Positions 13,954 through 27,542 of a stretch of DNA of 64,000 bases are shown here, in pieces. The position numbers and the translations under genes were made by a program. Under the pieces are notes generated by a model. The model had not been told where the DNA came from. It worked only from the letters and a program-made list of their open reading frames with translations, and ran no database searches. How positions within the stretch are numbered: position 1 is the first letter of the stretch; every line of letters begins with the position of its first letter. This DNA is from Ginglymostoma cirratum (Eukaryota), in assembly GCA_024137785.1 (NCBI GenBank), contig JAHRHZ010000046.1:11770914-11834913 (forward strand). The letters are read 5' to 3'.

Positions 13954-15067
13954 TGATTAAATTAATTCAATAACCCATGTAAGCAATTGAGTAGGAGAAG
14001 TCTATGAATGTCTGCAGCATAGAAAACTCTGTCAACATATTTGTTCAAGGTATATTTACTTAGAGATTCCATTTACATGAAACCAAAGCTACTAATTTGA
14101 ATTTTTGTGTTGAAGGTGACATTTGAACAGTTAACAAAGAATCTGAGCACTTCATGTTTCCTCAGGATTATGTATTTGGAGACAGATACTTTGTGAAAAA
14201 ACATATTTCCATCGTTATTCATTTGAGGCTTTTTTCTCAACCAAGATCCTTGTTGTGAGGCGAGGTCTAGATGAGCAACATATTTATTAAGCATGCTGAT
14301 ATATTGTGAAGCAAGACGTCCATCTTATCCAATGGCTCGTGGGTTATGTTTTATATGAAAATCTGTTTTAGATTTCAAATAGTTGAATGACTCGAAGGGG
14401 GCATAAAATTCTGGAATACTGTTTTAAGTTTATTATCAACTCTGGAGATTTAAACTCATTGCAGTAAACTCTTCAGCTAGACTGCTATAGTAATTGACTA
14501 ACTCCAATTAGTTTTACCTTTCCTGTGTAAAACACAGGATAAAATTTCTGGTCTGGATGGGTTACATCTGTGCATAATTAAAAAAAGTTAGAGACAAATT
14601 CATTAATGTCAACAGTCGAAGTATTAACAAATATGGGAACTGAAAATATTAATGGTTAGAACAGATTTCAAAACACACGACTGGCAAAGGTTAAGAAGTA
14701 GCATTCCACAAGGTGCATCGCTAGGACGACAGTTTAGTATTCAGGTGCTTTGGAGGAGGCTTGATGGGCCAAATGGCCTATTTCTCATTCTGGCTTGCTT
14801 GTAATTTGGATTTGGGAAGCAGACTTATAATGATATGAAAATTGTTGGAAACTTGTGACAGAAGAGGTTTGCAAAAAAAAAAAAAGGAAGGCAATAGGAT
14901 GGCTGTGTACTTTGAAAATGTGCTTCAGTGCACGTGTGTGAGGTGCTATATTTATTACGAAGGATAAGGAGATTGCATTTTCTTTGTAAAAGAAATTCCT
15001 GAATGAGGCAGAGGAACAGTGGGCTTTGAGGGCGAAAACATGCAAGTCACTGAACATAGTCAGTGTA

Positions 15068-15140
15068 AACAGAAAATACTGGAGAAACCCAGCAGGTCTG
15101 ACGGCATCTGTAGAGAAGAGAACCGAGTTCTGAAGATGAC
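15068..15140 (-). mobile_element. Penelope-derived family B terminal fragment
   Basis: aacagaaaatactggagaaacccagcaggtctgacggcatctgtagag is the reverse complement of the motif at 20040..20085. Confidence 0.6.
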
Positions 15141-16651
15141 TTCAGTCTGTATTCTTGACACATTATAAACTGGGTGTTTAAAAAAGTTTTGCACTTCATA
15201 GCCCCAAAGCAGCTATGGTGAGTCTGATGTGATCTTTCGTATATTTTAATACTGCAATATTTTATTCCATTGTTTTTTAAATTTTATATCTCCACAACTC
15301 CATTGGAGGTGGAATTCTGCATTTTTTTTAGCCTACAGTACAACAATTTGCATCAGAAAATAATCACCGACTGTCTCCTGTAGTCGATTCAGGCCACATG
15401 GATCTGCTTGAAGTTTAAGAAGGATTGGGAATTCTCCCATCATTTGAGAGCATAGTCCTAAGCATCAATCTTTTTATAAACCATTGAGTGGAAAATAAGA
15501 CCTGCCAAGTAAATACTGACAGCGGCAGTGGGGCTTTTTTACTTTTTGTGGTCTAGGTGGTCAGCTTAGATGTGCCATGGTTTGCACGTGGCAACATCCA
15601 TCTCCTTTTACTTTAATCTTTTCTGATGAAACTTTGGTTAGCTGCCCACATTTCCTTAGCTTGATGCCGTTTGCTTCCTCCTTCCTCTCCCCACTTCGTG
15701 CTGTGATGTATGAATTTATTTCAAAATGCAGATGTGCTATTGATCCAAGTTATTTTTCTGCTAAGGTCAGTAGCTATTTTCCACATGAGAAAATGGAGTA
15801 TAAATGACCAACTGTGCAAATCACTGAAATCCTGTTGTGACCCTTTGCCCATACTTGTGTATCCAGGAGTCATTAAGTAATGTTCAGAAATAGGATTTGC
15901 TGCTGATTTTGACTTTTGCTTTTCTCACTGTTGTGAAGTCCTGCTATTATTTTAAGTCCAGTTTGGCAGAGACTAGTTTTGGGCCTCCTTGTCTTTATAA
16001 CTGGGAACCATAGCTGTTGAATTGCTGGACATCTGTCTTTAGCAGTTTGGACACTTGAAACTTTGGCACGAGACTTTAAAAGAAACTTTGCAGTGTAGTT
16101 TAGTGTAGATCAGGAGTGAACAATTTATGGATTAAGTTTTCCTGGTTAAAAATCTCATAGTCTCAGTTCTGCATGAGTGTGTGGCAACATCTGTTGATTG
16201 GGTTCTGGAATATGTTTAACTTGCGTTAATTGGCATTTTCATTCAGAAGCTCATTGTGTGGGTTGTTGAGCTTCCAGTTCCTGGAACATTGTAAAACATC
16301 CCCGTATTTGCCGATGTGGAAATTACGTTATGCCGATGTAGTCCTCGGATACAAGTGAACTAGTCATAGATAACCTTACCAGGAAAATTTGATCTCTCTT
16401 GTCAGTTGCAGCAGTTTTGTTTTGAGGTTTGGAATTAACTTGAAATCCTCCAATATGCAGCATGGATTGCAGACCTTTATTCAGTAACATTCATGCAGGC
16501 ATAATGTTAATGGTACAGAAACAGGCCATTCACCCCGACAGTTCTGTGCCAGTGTTAGCTGCTACGTAAGTCACCTCTTAGTTATTTCACATTGAAGGAT
16601 GCATTTTTAATCTTTTTGGTCCTTAAATATTTATCTAGCTTCCTATTAAAT

Positions 16652-16958
16652 GTGGCACGATGGCTCAGCGGGTGGCAATTCTGCTGACAGCACCATGAAT
16701 CCAGGTTCAGTTCCAGCCTTGGTTGATTGCCTGTGTGGAGTTTGCACATTCTCTCCATTTCTGTGTTGGTTTCCTCCAGGTGCTCCGGTTTCTTCTCTCG
16801 GTCCAAAGATGTGCGGGTTGACCATTGGTAATGCAGGGTTACAGGAATGGGGGGTAGCGGGTGGGTCTGGGTGGGACGTTCTTGGGAGGGTTGGTGTGGA
16901 AGGATGGGCTAAATGGCCTGCTTACACACTAAGAATTTCATGTTTCTATGATTCCATG
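16652..16958 (+). mobile_element. HE1/V-SINE-like tRNA-derived SINE
   Basis: tRNA-like head (tggctcagcggg...ggttcagttcc), V-domain-like tgtgtggagtttgcacattctc...ggtttcctccaggtgctccggtttc, CR1-like tail ending ttctatgattccatga. Confidence 0.85.
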
Positions 16959-19746
16959 AAAAGTTCTACTCAACATGAATGGAAAAGTTTGATCTAAATT
17001 CCTGTTGGGGTTTATTAGTGACCAACTTCGGTTTCGGGCTTCTGGTCTTCACAAATGGAAACATGTTGGGAGTCAAATTCTCCTATGTAAGGAGATTAAA
17101 ATAAGCTTCTAACAATTCGGCTGATTTTTCACCATGCCAGGTTTAATTTTCCACTGACTTGGAAAGTACTTTCAATTTCAAAGCAAGTGAAAGTAACAGT
17201 GAGAATAAATATCCAAATGCATATGAAGTATGCTCTCAGTTTCAGCAGGAAGATGATTCCGTTTCTCATTGCTGTTCACATGTGGATCAATTTTACCCCA
17301 CTTAGTACAGTGGTTCTCTAGAATCCCCGCATGTTTTTAGCTTTTTTAAAAATCAGGTTATCTATCACTCTTTTTTCTTTTCTGGAGAAAGGAGCCATTT
17401 CTTGTTCATCAAGATCCAGATTAGTTAAATTCTGGAATTTAGATGTGTATATGTATATTACAGGGTACACTACAGGCTTGCATATCTTTGAGAAAGTTGA
17501 GGGTTCAGTATAATGGGACAATTGAACCAATTTTTTCTGACTGTTTAAAGCCAGAACTTTGAGTCTGAATTTTGGAGAAAGCCGAACCTTAGAAGTTGAA
17601 ATTGGTTGCTGTTATTTTCTTTGTAACAGTGTGTATTCAATTTGTGGTAATTTGGCTAATATTTCAACAATACAAGTCCCCATTAACTTTGTAGAATTGA
17701 TAGACTTCCTGTACTTACATTATTTTATGTGTGTTTTCAAGTAAACTCAATTTTTATCATGTAATTATCAATTAAATTGACGCATTTTGTGAAGGATGGT
17801 TATTTGACTTCTAGTTGTCCTTCAAAGTTCACAACTCAATTCTGCATTTACTATTTTACTTGAAATTGACCTTGGCCTAGTGGGATGTTAATACATGAGG
17901 CAAAAGTAATGTAGTTTTACTGCACCTGTTATGTTTTTAACTCAATAATACATTTAAAGGATCACATCAATACAATGGTCACAAAATGAAGACTTTTAAA
18001 TATTTGCGGTAAGTTCTTCCAGCAATGAGCTAAAATAAATAGGCATAATTTTAATTGACAATTGGCAGGTGAGAAAAGTCTGCCACTGAATCTGACACAC
18101 GTGCGAGGGTAAAATTTGATACAAAAATGGCTGGTTATGAATATAACCTTGGAACAGTGAAGAAATGGAGGATGTCAAACTCAAATGGAGTTTCTTACTC
18201 TATTCACAGCGTTTTGTACATGTCTGCCTATGTTTTCCAATTTTTAAAAGTATGGCTGCACCAGATTATGTAACAGTTTTTGAGAACGTTCAGTCAGCTG
18301 TCTCCTATGTTTTAAAAGTACCTGGGTTATCCTACTTAGTATACCATAATATGAAATAGTACATTTAGCTACATTGCTGCCATGGTGATTAGACAATGTC
18401 ATCCTTTTCGAGCCTTTTCTTCCAACTTTTGAACAGTTTTCAGTTCACGTTCTGTTAAGAGTTGCAGCTAATTACATTAAGATGCATTGCTGTTATCTAC
18501 ACTTTTAGAATGGTGTTCTGTCATTATTTGTTTCATTTCACTTCTCTCAGCCACCCCTAGTGAACATTTGAAGTTGCTTAATCTTGAGGAATTCTGTGCT
18601 GACCACCTCACTGAGAATTGGTGAGAACCATTTCTCATTTTGGCAGTGGGCAGTCATTCCCATTTTTGAACCATTATTCTATCTGCAGTTACAATAGTGT
18701 TAGAATCAGTTGGCAGCATTTGCAAGTGGGAAAGTCGATCAGTGGACAAACAAATGTTGGCAGATTTGACATTTTCTAGCAAGTAACACTGAGTCCAGGA
18801 TTGTGAGTTAAGGATCGTTTTTAAAAAGCAAAAATCAGAGGATAGAATTTCAAGACAGTATGTTTTTGTTAATTTTCAAATACTGCACAGTGTACCTTTT
18901 TAATGTTTGCCTCGGAGCAGGTAGATTTAATTGTCTGACTACTGTTGGAGCATGAATTGCTATTTTCACTGTTGTGAATTGTTCCATCTCTGCTGCCTAT
19001 TACTGGCATTTTCTTTTAATCTGTACTATTGGGAGATAGCTTTTATTTATGCTATTGGTGAAGACTTAAATGTGTTATTGGAATTGGTCCCTGAAATGCA
19101 TTTTGCAAATGCACGCGCATCAATATTTTACAACTGTTATTGCCATTGCTCACTGTAATTTTCCTGTAAAGTAGTCTCAAAAACTGTTGACTCAATAGCC
19201 CCAATTGGATGATACACTCTAGTTCTGTATGCTTGTCACTGTCTTATCTTAGTCATTAATGATCACAAAATCATATGCTTGACAAATAGTTTCAATTAAT
19301 TAATTTTTCCAAACATGAGGTATTGTAAATAATGTATTGTAGAGTTAGATTAAAGTGTTAAGATGTGTGGTATTTGATTGACAAATGTCAGAACATAAAA
19401 TCAAAACTACTTCAATGCTATCTACATTCACAGAAAGCAAAATACTGCTTTGTGATAAACTGTACATTAATGCTAGCTTGTGCAGTGGCCATCTGATGAT
19501 AGTGGGAACCTTCTGTAGGACCATTTGAAGTCTGAAAGTGAATGTTGTGCTGCCATTTCTTTCTGCATTGATAAAATGTTGCATTGTTCCTCTTTGTTTA
19601 TAAGGAAACTCTATAGTAATGCGCATATTGTTCATTTTCCCTCAGTATACTTTTATTGTCTGCCATTTCAACGCAACAGCCAAACATATCTTGATAGTCA
19701 GAATTGATGCAAAAATAATACCTATGGATAATGAAATGATCAGTGA

Positions 19747-19956
<210 letters not shown>

Positions 19957-20002
19957 TGATATTTTATTTAAGCTTGTTTCTCTTAGACTGATATTTAATT
20001 TA

Positions 20003-20090
20003 AAGAGTCACTGGACTCGAAATGTTAACTCTACTTTCTCTCAACAGATGCTGCCAGACTTGGTGAGTTTCACCAGCAATTTCTGTATGT
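20003..20090 (+). mobile_element. Penelope-derived family B fragment with half hammerhead (stem II + GAAA)
   Basis: GAGTC-ACTG-GACTC-GAAA-TGTT-AACT then cagatgctgccagacttggtgagtttcaccagca; the CUGANGA box is absent. Confidence 0.65.
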
Positions 20091-20439
20091 TTTTAAATTT
20101 AAAAATACTTAGTTATGCTACAAGTATGTTGCATGGAAGGTGCAGGATTTAAGCTTGGTATTCAAGGTCACCTTAACCGAGAGCGCACAAATAAGAAAGT
20201 CTGGTGCTTCGGTGATTGTCAGTTGGACTGAAACCCTCGCCCCTCGAGATAGGTGGCAACGCTGAACTGGGAGGAACAACTCGGGCTCCAGCATTTTTCT
20301 TAATATGAAGGTGTAGATTTTAGGCCTATGATTGACTAACAAGTTGATGAAAGACCATCAAATGTAATTTCAGTATTAGTAGAGCTACATGCTATTTGAC
20401 TGTGAAAGCAGCTTTGAAGTAGTTGGATTTTTTTCTAAG

Positions 20440-22030
20440 CTGAAAAGCTATAGGTCAGTCACTTTAACCTTGGAGGAAACTTTTAGGAGTGGTACCTCAG
20501 GAAGACATTAGTCTTCACTTGGACAAATGTGGCTTATTTAAGGAGAGCTGGCTTGGATTGGGTGAGGGTGCATCATATTTAACTAACTAATTAAGAGATT
20601 TTGGATGTGGTAATGGATGATAATGCCGTTGATGTGGTGTGCGTGAACTTCCAAAAGGCATTTGATAAAGTGCAGTGTGAGGGACTTGTCAGTCACATGA
20701 TTGCAGAATTGGTTGAGTGACCAAATAAAATGCTGACATGCAGTTATGCTTTGGAATAGGGAATATTTAGAACAGTATCATGACCTGGCTTCTCTTACTG
20801 TTATGGATGAATCACCGTGGCAGTGCTGTACAGGCACAATTTTAGAATTTGCAGACTGTAGGTAACTTGGATGTATTTTGAATAATGAGGAGGATAATGT
20901 AGTGACATAGACATTGGAATGGGCAGATGAAATCCAATGCTGAGAATTTTAAAGGGCATCATTTTGGTCGCAAGGATGTAGAGAGGTTACAAAGTAAACG
21001 GTCAATTCTTAGTGGTTGTCGGAGGAGAGAGACGTGGGTGTTTGTGCGCGCATCATTGGAAGTTGTAGGATGTGTTGAGAGAGCATTAAACAAAGCACAC
21101 AGTCTCCTGATGAAAGCAAAATACTGTGGATGCTTGAAATCTGAAGTGACCACTGAAAGATGGAGAAGCTCAAGAAGGTCTGGCAGAATCTGCAGAGAAA
21201 CAGTTAATATTTCAGGGCTCCGAAGAGCATTCATACCAGACCTAAGCTGCATAGTATCCTGAGATTTATAATTACTAGCAGAGAGCACAAAAGCAAGGAG
21301 GTGTGTTCAACCTGGATAAAATGCTTTTTTTTTCCTCAAGTGGAGCATTGTGTCTAGCTTTGGTTTCTCATTTATGGGAAGATGTGAAGGGATCAGAGGA
21401 AGTGCACAAAAAATCATGAGAATGGCTCCAGGGGTGAGGAGCTTCAGTCACGTAGATTTGTGATGTCGAGGCTGTTGTCCTTGGAGAAGAGGTAGGGAAG
21501 ATGTTTGATAGAGATATTCCATATCATGAGCATCTGAACAGTGCAGATGGAAAAAACATTGCCAATCGTCTTAAATCCGTGCCATTAATTCTTAGCCCTT
21601 CCTCGATGAGAACAAAGTGATGGCAACAGGAGGACTTGACTTTTATGCAGCAAGTGATCAACAAATGCAATTTACCACCCTATCACCACCATTTGGCTTC
21701 CACCCCTGCCCCTTCTCTTCATCTACAGCACCCCTTATCCCCACATCCAGTTCTGAAGAAAGGTAATAGCTGAAATGTTGACTCGTTTCTTCCAGATGGT
21801 GCCTGGCTTGCTGTGTTGTCCCAGCTTCCTGTTTGTCTAAAATACAATGCACTGCTTGGCTGTCTGGTGCAGGCAGTTTCAATTAAGACATTCAAAGGGG
21901 TATTAGATCATTATCTGAAAAGGAAAATGGACGGAGATGTGGGGAAAAGATGCGGGCGTAGACCCATTTGAATTACTCCTGCAGAGGGCCAGCAAGGTCC
22001 TGAAAGACTGAGTGTCACCTCTTCTGTTGG
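20440..22030 (+). mobile_element. Decayed CR1 LINE with nested family B insertions (~21115..21235 minus, ~21660..21840 plus)
   Basis: gatgtggtgtgcgtgaacttccaaaaggcatttgataaagtg = DVVCVNFQKAFDKV RT motif; the colinear CR1 3' end resumes after each insertion. Confidence 0.75.
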
Positions 22031-22327
22031 AAGTATTTGACCATTTTGTGAGTGTAGTTAGTTAATGCTCGTCTTAGCTGATTGCTGCCTGCTGTTTGGA
22101 AAGGTGCCATGTTCATTTGTCAGGCCTTGATTTGCGCTGCCAAATTCCATAGCAGTTACATTACTTAGCAATACAGACTCTTGCAAAATATGTAATGAAT
22201 ATTTCCTCTGAATAAATTAAGATTAAAATCAAATATAACTGAAATCATGATCGTTAGCATGCATTCAAGGTCTAAGTATTATCGTCTCGGAAGTTGTACT
22301 TGAAATATCACCATGTGAGATGTCACA

Positions 22328-23420
22328 ACTAAGACACCTACGTCAGACTCCTGCTCATTGACTACAGCTCCACCTTGAGCACCATTATCCCCTCCAGACT
22401 GATCTCAAAACTGCCGCCTGCACCTGGATCCTCGGCTTTTTACCCATCGGCTGCAATTAGTGAGTGGAGGTAACTGCACCTCCTACACAATAATAGTCAA
22501 CACTGGAGCCCACAAGGATGCGCGCCAGCCCGCTCCTGTACTCCCTGTACACCTACGACTGTGTTGCTAAATTCTGAACCAACACCACCTGCAAGTTCGC
22601 GAATGACACCACCGTAGCGGGCGGGATATCTAAGAACAACGAGTCAGAATGACCAAGGGAGCTAGAGGGCTTGGTGGTATGGTGCAATGAAAACAGTCTG
22701 TCTCTCGGCGTCGGCAAAACTCAAGAACTGCTCATTGACTTCAGAAAGAAAGGAGGAGAACTCATCTACATCAACAGAACTGAGTTTGAGAAAGTGAAAA
22801 GCATAAAGTTCCTTGGAGTGACAATATCTGATGACCTGTCCTGGTCTCCACATGTAAATGCGGCAGTCAAGAAGGCACAACAACACTTATTTTCTTTCTC
22901 GGGCAGCTCAGGAAAGTTGGCGTGTCCATAAGGTCCCTCACCAGCTTCTACAGATACACCATTGAAAGCATACTGTCTGGGTGCATAACGGCCTCGTATG
23001 GCAACTGATCTGCCCAGGACCGTAAAAAAACTACAGAAGGTGGCATTCACTGCCCAGACCATCACGGAAGCCAACTTTCCATCCGTGGACTCCATTTCCA
23101 CGGCTCGCTGACATGGAAGGGCAACCAACATCATCAAAGACCCGTTGCACCCTGGTAATGATCTCCTACAACCTCTTCCGTCGGGGAGAAGATACAGAAG
23201 CCTGAACGCGCGCCCAAGCAAGTTAAGGAACAGCTGCTTTCTGGCCGTTATTGGACTAATTGAGGCTAGAGCCCATTCAACAATGTAACCTGCAATGTAT
23301 GCCTCTGAGTGCTTATGATCTGTATATCCTTTGCTTGCTGTGATCTGCCTGCACTGCTCGTAAACCAAGCTTTTCAGTAGTTTGGGACACGTGACAATTT
23401 AAAAGAAAAGGAATCAAATG
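22328..23420 (+). mobile_element. Rex1/Babar-like non-LTR retrotransposon, 5'-truncated and frameshifted
   Basis: TYVRLLLIDYSS, KFANDTTV, WCNENSLSL..KTQELLIDFRK, KFLGVTISDDLSW, FYRYTIESILSGCITASYGN. Confidence 0.85.
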
Positions 23421-23841
23421 TGGTTCCTAAATACTTAGTTTTCAGTCCTTAGTTGTATTATGTTGGGGCATGTGAAAAGCTTGAACATGTAATCCTTCAC
23501 ATTTTTTTGATTGTCAGTTTGCTTGAAGTAATGACTTTGCAAATAGTTTTATAATCTACTTTCGCTAACTTTTATTGATTCGACTAAAAACCTGAAAAGG
23601 TGCTTTAGTGTCTGTCAATATCTCTTGGGGACAACTGATAAGTTTGCCAAGCTGTGTTGCTGCAAATTTCTTCTCCAGGTGGCCAAAGAATGCTTTGATG
23701 GCAAGTGATGCTGTCTGTTACTCTGAAGAAATATTCAGGCAATTGAATGGGGCAAGGCACAAATTTTTGCCCCCCCCATTAGAGGATTTCCCTTCTTCAT
23801 ATTTCACAGGGACTTCTCAGCATATGAACCTCAGAAATGCA

Positions 23842-23964
23842 TCAGAGATAAAAAGGTACTGCAGATGCTGGAGAATCCGAGATAACAAGCATGGGGCTGG
23901 CGTCAAGTTTTCCTGCTCCTCTGATGCTGCTTGACCTGCTGTGTTCATCCAGCCCCATGCTTGT
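23842..23964. mobile_element. Penelope-derived family A fold-back insertion with deleted centre and 15-bp TSD
   Basis: Minus arm with tail joined at 23900/23901 to a plus arm; aacctcagaaatgca is repeated at 23827..23841 and 23965..23979. Confidence 0.85.
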
Positions 23965-24802
23965 AACCTCAGAAATGCACTGCCTTTGTGCTGTATATTT
24001 CGCTTCCTTGCTAATGTTCAGTACTGCTCTGTTATTGTTAACTATTTGGCAAGCAGCATTTTTAAAAAGAAAATCCATTTTCCAAGCATGACCTTTGCGC
24101 TAATTTATTCATATGCTATCAGTTCACGTGATTTTAGAATCTCAATGTAAAAAGTACTGAATACAGAAAATATTCACATGGGCTGAGGCGAATTCCTGCT
24201 TTTCAGCTGAGAGCATTTAGTACAATCTGGGGAAAGGAAAAAAACGTTCTACATGTTTGTGAAACATTTGATGGGTTTTTCTTTGAGTAATCTAAAGCTA
24301 AGTTTTAGTGGGTGTTGAATTTTACTCCAAAAGAGCATTTGCAACAGCTAATTGCACTTGCACTTAATTGTCCGCCTCCTGATGATTACAAAACATGCTT
24401 AATTATAGTTGTGATATCTCCCCTTATTTTTGCATTTGTCAATTAATACTTATCCAATCATTAATGTTTAAAGCATCCAATAAATTTTGAATCTTGGTTT
24501 GAATGGTTGTATACTTGCAATTACAGAATTATGAGCACAAGAGGGAAGCCATTCGAACCAGATGTCCTGTGTTGATCTTTTGGTACAGCTATTTAATCAG
24601 TTTTCTTACCTATTCTTTCCCCATAGCCTTGTAGAATAATTTTCACTTTAAGTATTCACTTTGCTTGCAAATATTACTATTGGATCTGTTTGGGTCATTG
24701 TTTTAAGCAATGCATTCATGATTGCAGCAGTTGACATTTTAAGTAAAGTAGTGTCCTCTGGAACCTGTTTGCGACTGGCAAGAAACATTTTGCAATTTTT
24801 TG

Positions 24803-25010
24803 TAGAGGCAGTCCCCGGTTTGTGAACGGTTTCCATTCTGGAGTCTGTTTGCGAGTTGATTTGAATGCAAGTTGGAGCTCGATGCAGGACAATATAACGG
24901 TGCCGTTCGGAAGTACAGAAAATTTTTGTATGTTGGTTCTTTGAAATTACATGTCTGTATGAGCCCACGTTCATAAGTACAAGTGTTCGTTAAGTCAGAG
25001 ACCCCCTGTA
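24803..25010. mobile_element. Tigger/pogo-like (Tc1/mariner) MITE, decayed
   Basis: TA-gaggcagtccccggtttgtgaac ... gttcgttaagtcagagaccccctg-TA: imperfect ~23-bp terminal inverted repeats with TA flanks. Confidence 0.6.
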
Positions 25011-25024
25011 GTTGAATCTTCGAG

Positions 25025-25770
25025 ATTGAATACCTGCTCTACTTTGAGGAAAATCTCCCCAGCTTCTCCAGTCACTCCACACACTGGTGTTCCTCTTTCC
25101 TCATTTCATTTCTGGAAATATTACCTTCTCAAACGTCGTAGTATTTGTTTTGAAGTGAGGTGCCCAAAACTGAACATAACACTCCACCTGAGGCCTTGCT
25201 AGTGTTTTCAAGAAGATTTTAATGTTAATTAATTTTCAGACTCTTTTTAGTTCCTGACGAGAGATGATGTTACTGTTCCTGGAGCTTGCTTGCAAACAGT
25301 ACTGTGGGTGTATGCATACTCGATGGCCTGTTGCAGTTAAAGGTCGCAGCTCACCGTCACCATCTCAAGGGTGATTAGGGATGTGCAATAAATCCTCGCC
25401 TTACGCAGTGATGCTCACGTGCCGTGAACGATTTAAAAAGAAACTGTAACCAATGAACACTGTTACATGCCACCTTCTCAAGAGTTTGTGTCCACATACA
25501 CACACCCCAGTGTTTGTTCTTGCATTTTTTAATATTGTATCATTTAGTTTACATTGACTCCTTATTTTAGTGCAAAAATATATTATCTCACACTTGTGTT
25601 AAATTTCATCTGCCATGGGTCTGAGCTTTTGTCCAGCTTCTTTTTACTGAAGTCTATTACTGTTTACCTTATACTTGATTACATTTCCAAGTTTGTCATC
25701 TGCAAACTTTGTAACAATACCCTGTTTATCCTCGTCCGAATCCTTGATATATATCAAAAGGAGCAGAGGG
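25025..25770 (-). mobile_element. Old CR1 LINE remnants, interrupted by a plus-strand LINE/SINE tail at ~25335..25442
   Basis: ccaagtttgtcatctgcaaactt reads KFADDKLG on the minus strand; gtgaggtgcccaaaactgaac reads VQFWAPH. Confidence 0.65.
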
Positions 25771-26599
25771 GATCACTGTTGTATATCCGGGTCTTTGGGG
25801 AATTTTGTGCTATACTGTATTGGAACCCAAAGCTTATCTGGAACTTCAGTTTACAAGATGATTCCCTTCCTGATAAACTACTTCTGTTGCACTAAACATC
25901 AGTGCATGTCCACATTGAGAGATCAGATCAAAATATTTCTTCTGAAGTTAAGTCTGTTACACCCAAATTAAACTTTTTACTTGTAGACTTTTGGTTCAGC
26001 TTTTATTATTTAATATTCAATCGATTCATAACTCAACATTTGTTTATTAAGTGTGTCCATGCACAGCAGTCATTAATTGCCGACACGGAAGCATGTGATC
26101 CAGTATGCAATGGCATCTCCTCAGTTTAGTTAGTGGATTCTTCCTGTTAACTGTAGTGCTGCGAATCGTTTGCAGATCAAATACCCAATAGTCAACATTG
26201 TATAATTGCTATACACAACTTGTAAGATCGTAAAGGTAATTTTAAGATCCCTATTTCTCCAACCAGGAACAAATAAATCGTAACATGCCAGGATATAAAG
26301 ACGAATCACTAACAAACACTTATTGATGATTTAACATTTAACATGAGCAGTGGGCTCCATCACGCACATCTTCTATCAATGGCTTTATTTGTCATTAGGA
26401 TGCTACTGTGTTAGAGGCTTAAAAGACAATTAATTTGTACAAACCCTTGGGTCATGAGTCTAGATATTATATCATCCAACCTTGAATAGGCTATAATGTT
26501 ATGTAATGTTAGTAATATTGTAAACTTTAATCACGTGGATTTGTTGTTCAGCCTTTGGTAATGTCAGGATTATGCCTGTTAGGGAAGTAGGGTGGGTTA

Positions 26600-27542
26600 A
26601 TTGATTTTTTTTTTGTCACATGTACTGAAATACAGTGAAAAACTTTGTTTACGAGCGGTACAGGCAGGTCACTGCAAGCAGAGGACGTACAGATCAAAAA
26701 GCCTTAAAGGCATACATTGCAGGTTACATTATTTGAGTTTAGAGCCCATTCAACAGTGTGATAACGGCCAGAAAGAAGCTGCACCTGAACCTGCTTGTGC
26801 ATGTTCAGGCTTCTGTATCTACAGCCTGACAGAAGAGGTTGTAGGAGGTCATTACCAGGGTGCGATGGGTTTTTGATGACGTTGGCTGCCTTTCTGTGGC
26901 CTCAAGCCATGGAAATGGACTCCATGGATGGAAAGTTGGCTTCCGAGATGGTCTGGGCTGTGCGCTCCACCTTGTGTAGTTTTTTACGGTCCTGAGCAGA
27001 GCAGTTGCCATATGAGGCCATTATGCACCCGGACAGTATGCTTTCAATAGTGCACCTGTAGAAGCTGGTGAGCGACCTTATGGACATGCCAAATTTCCTG
27101 AGCTGCCTGAAGAAGAAGGAGGATTTTTGTGCCTTCGTTATTGTCGCATTTACATGGAAAGTCCAGGACAGGTTGTCAGTTGTCGTCACGCCGAGGAACT
27201 TGATGCAGTCCACCCACTCAACCTCAGCTCTTGCTGTAGATGGGGGCATGTTCCCCTCCTTTCTTTCTGAAGTCGATGATCAGTTTAGTTTTACTGACTT
27301 TGAGAGACAGATTGTTTTGGTTGCACCACGTCCCAAGTCGTCTGTCTCCCTTCGATATTTTGACTCGTCATTGTTAGATATCCGTCCCACTACGGCGGTG
27401 TCATCAGCAAACTTGCAGATGGCGTTCCTTTGGAATTTAGCAACACAGTCGTAGGTTTACAGGGAGTACAGTAGATGGCAGGAGATGCATCCTTGGGGGC
27501 TCCAGTGTTGAGTATTATTATGGAGGAGGTGCAGTTAACTAT
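26600..27542 (-). mobile_element. Rex1/Babar-like non-LTR retrotransposon, 5'-truncated
   Basis: Minus ORF 26902..27249: IKFLGVTTTDNLSW...FFRQLRKFGMSIRSLTSFYRCTIESILSGCIMASYGNCSAQDRKKL; KFADDT at ~27400; homologous to 22328..23420. Confidence 0.88.

Noticed and set aside
22766-23368. 200-aa minus-strand ORF
   Set aside because: Antisense shadow of the Rex1/Babar-like element.
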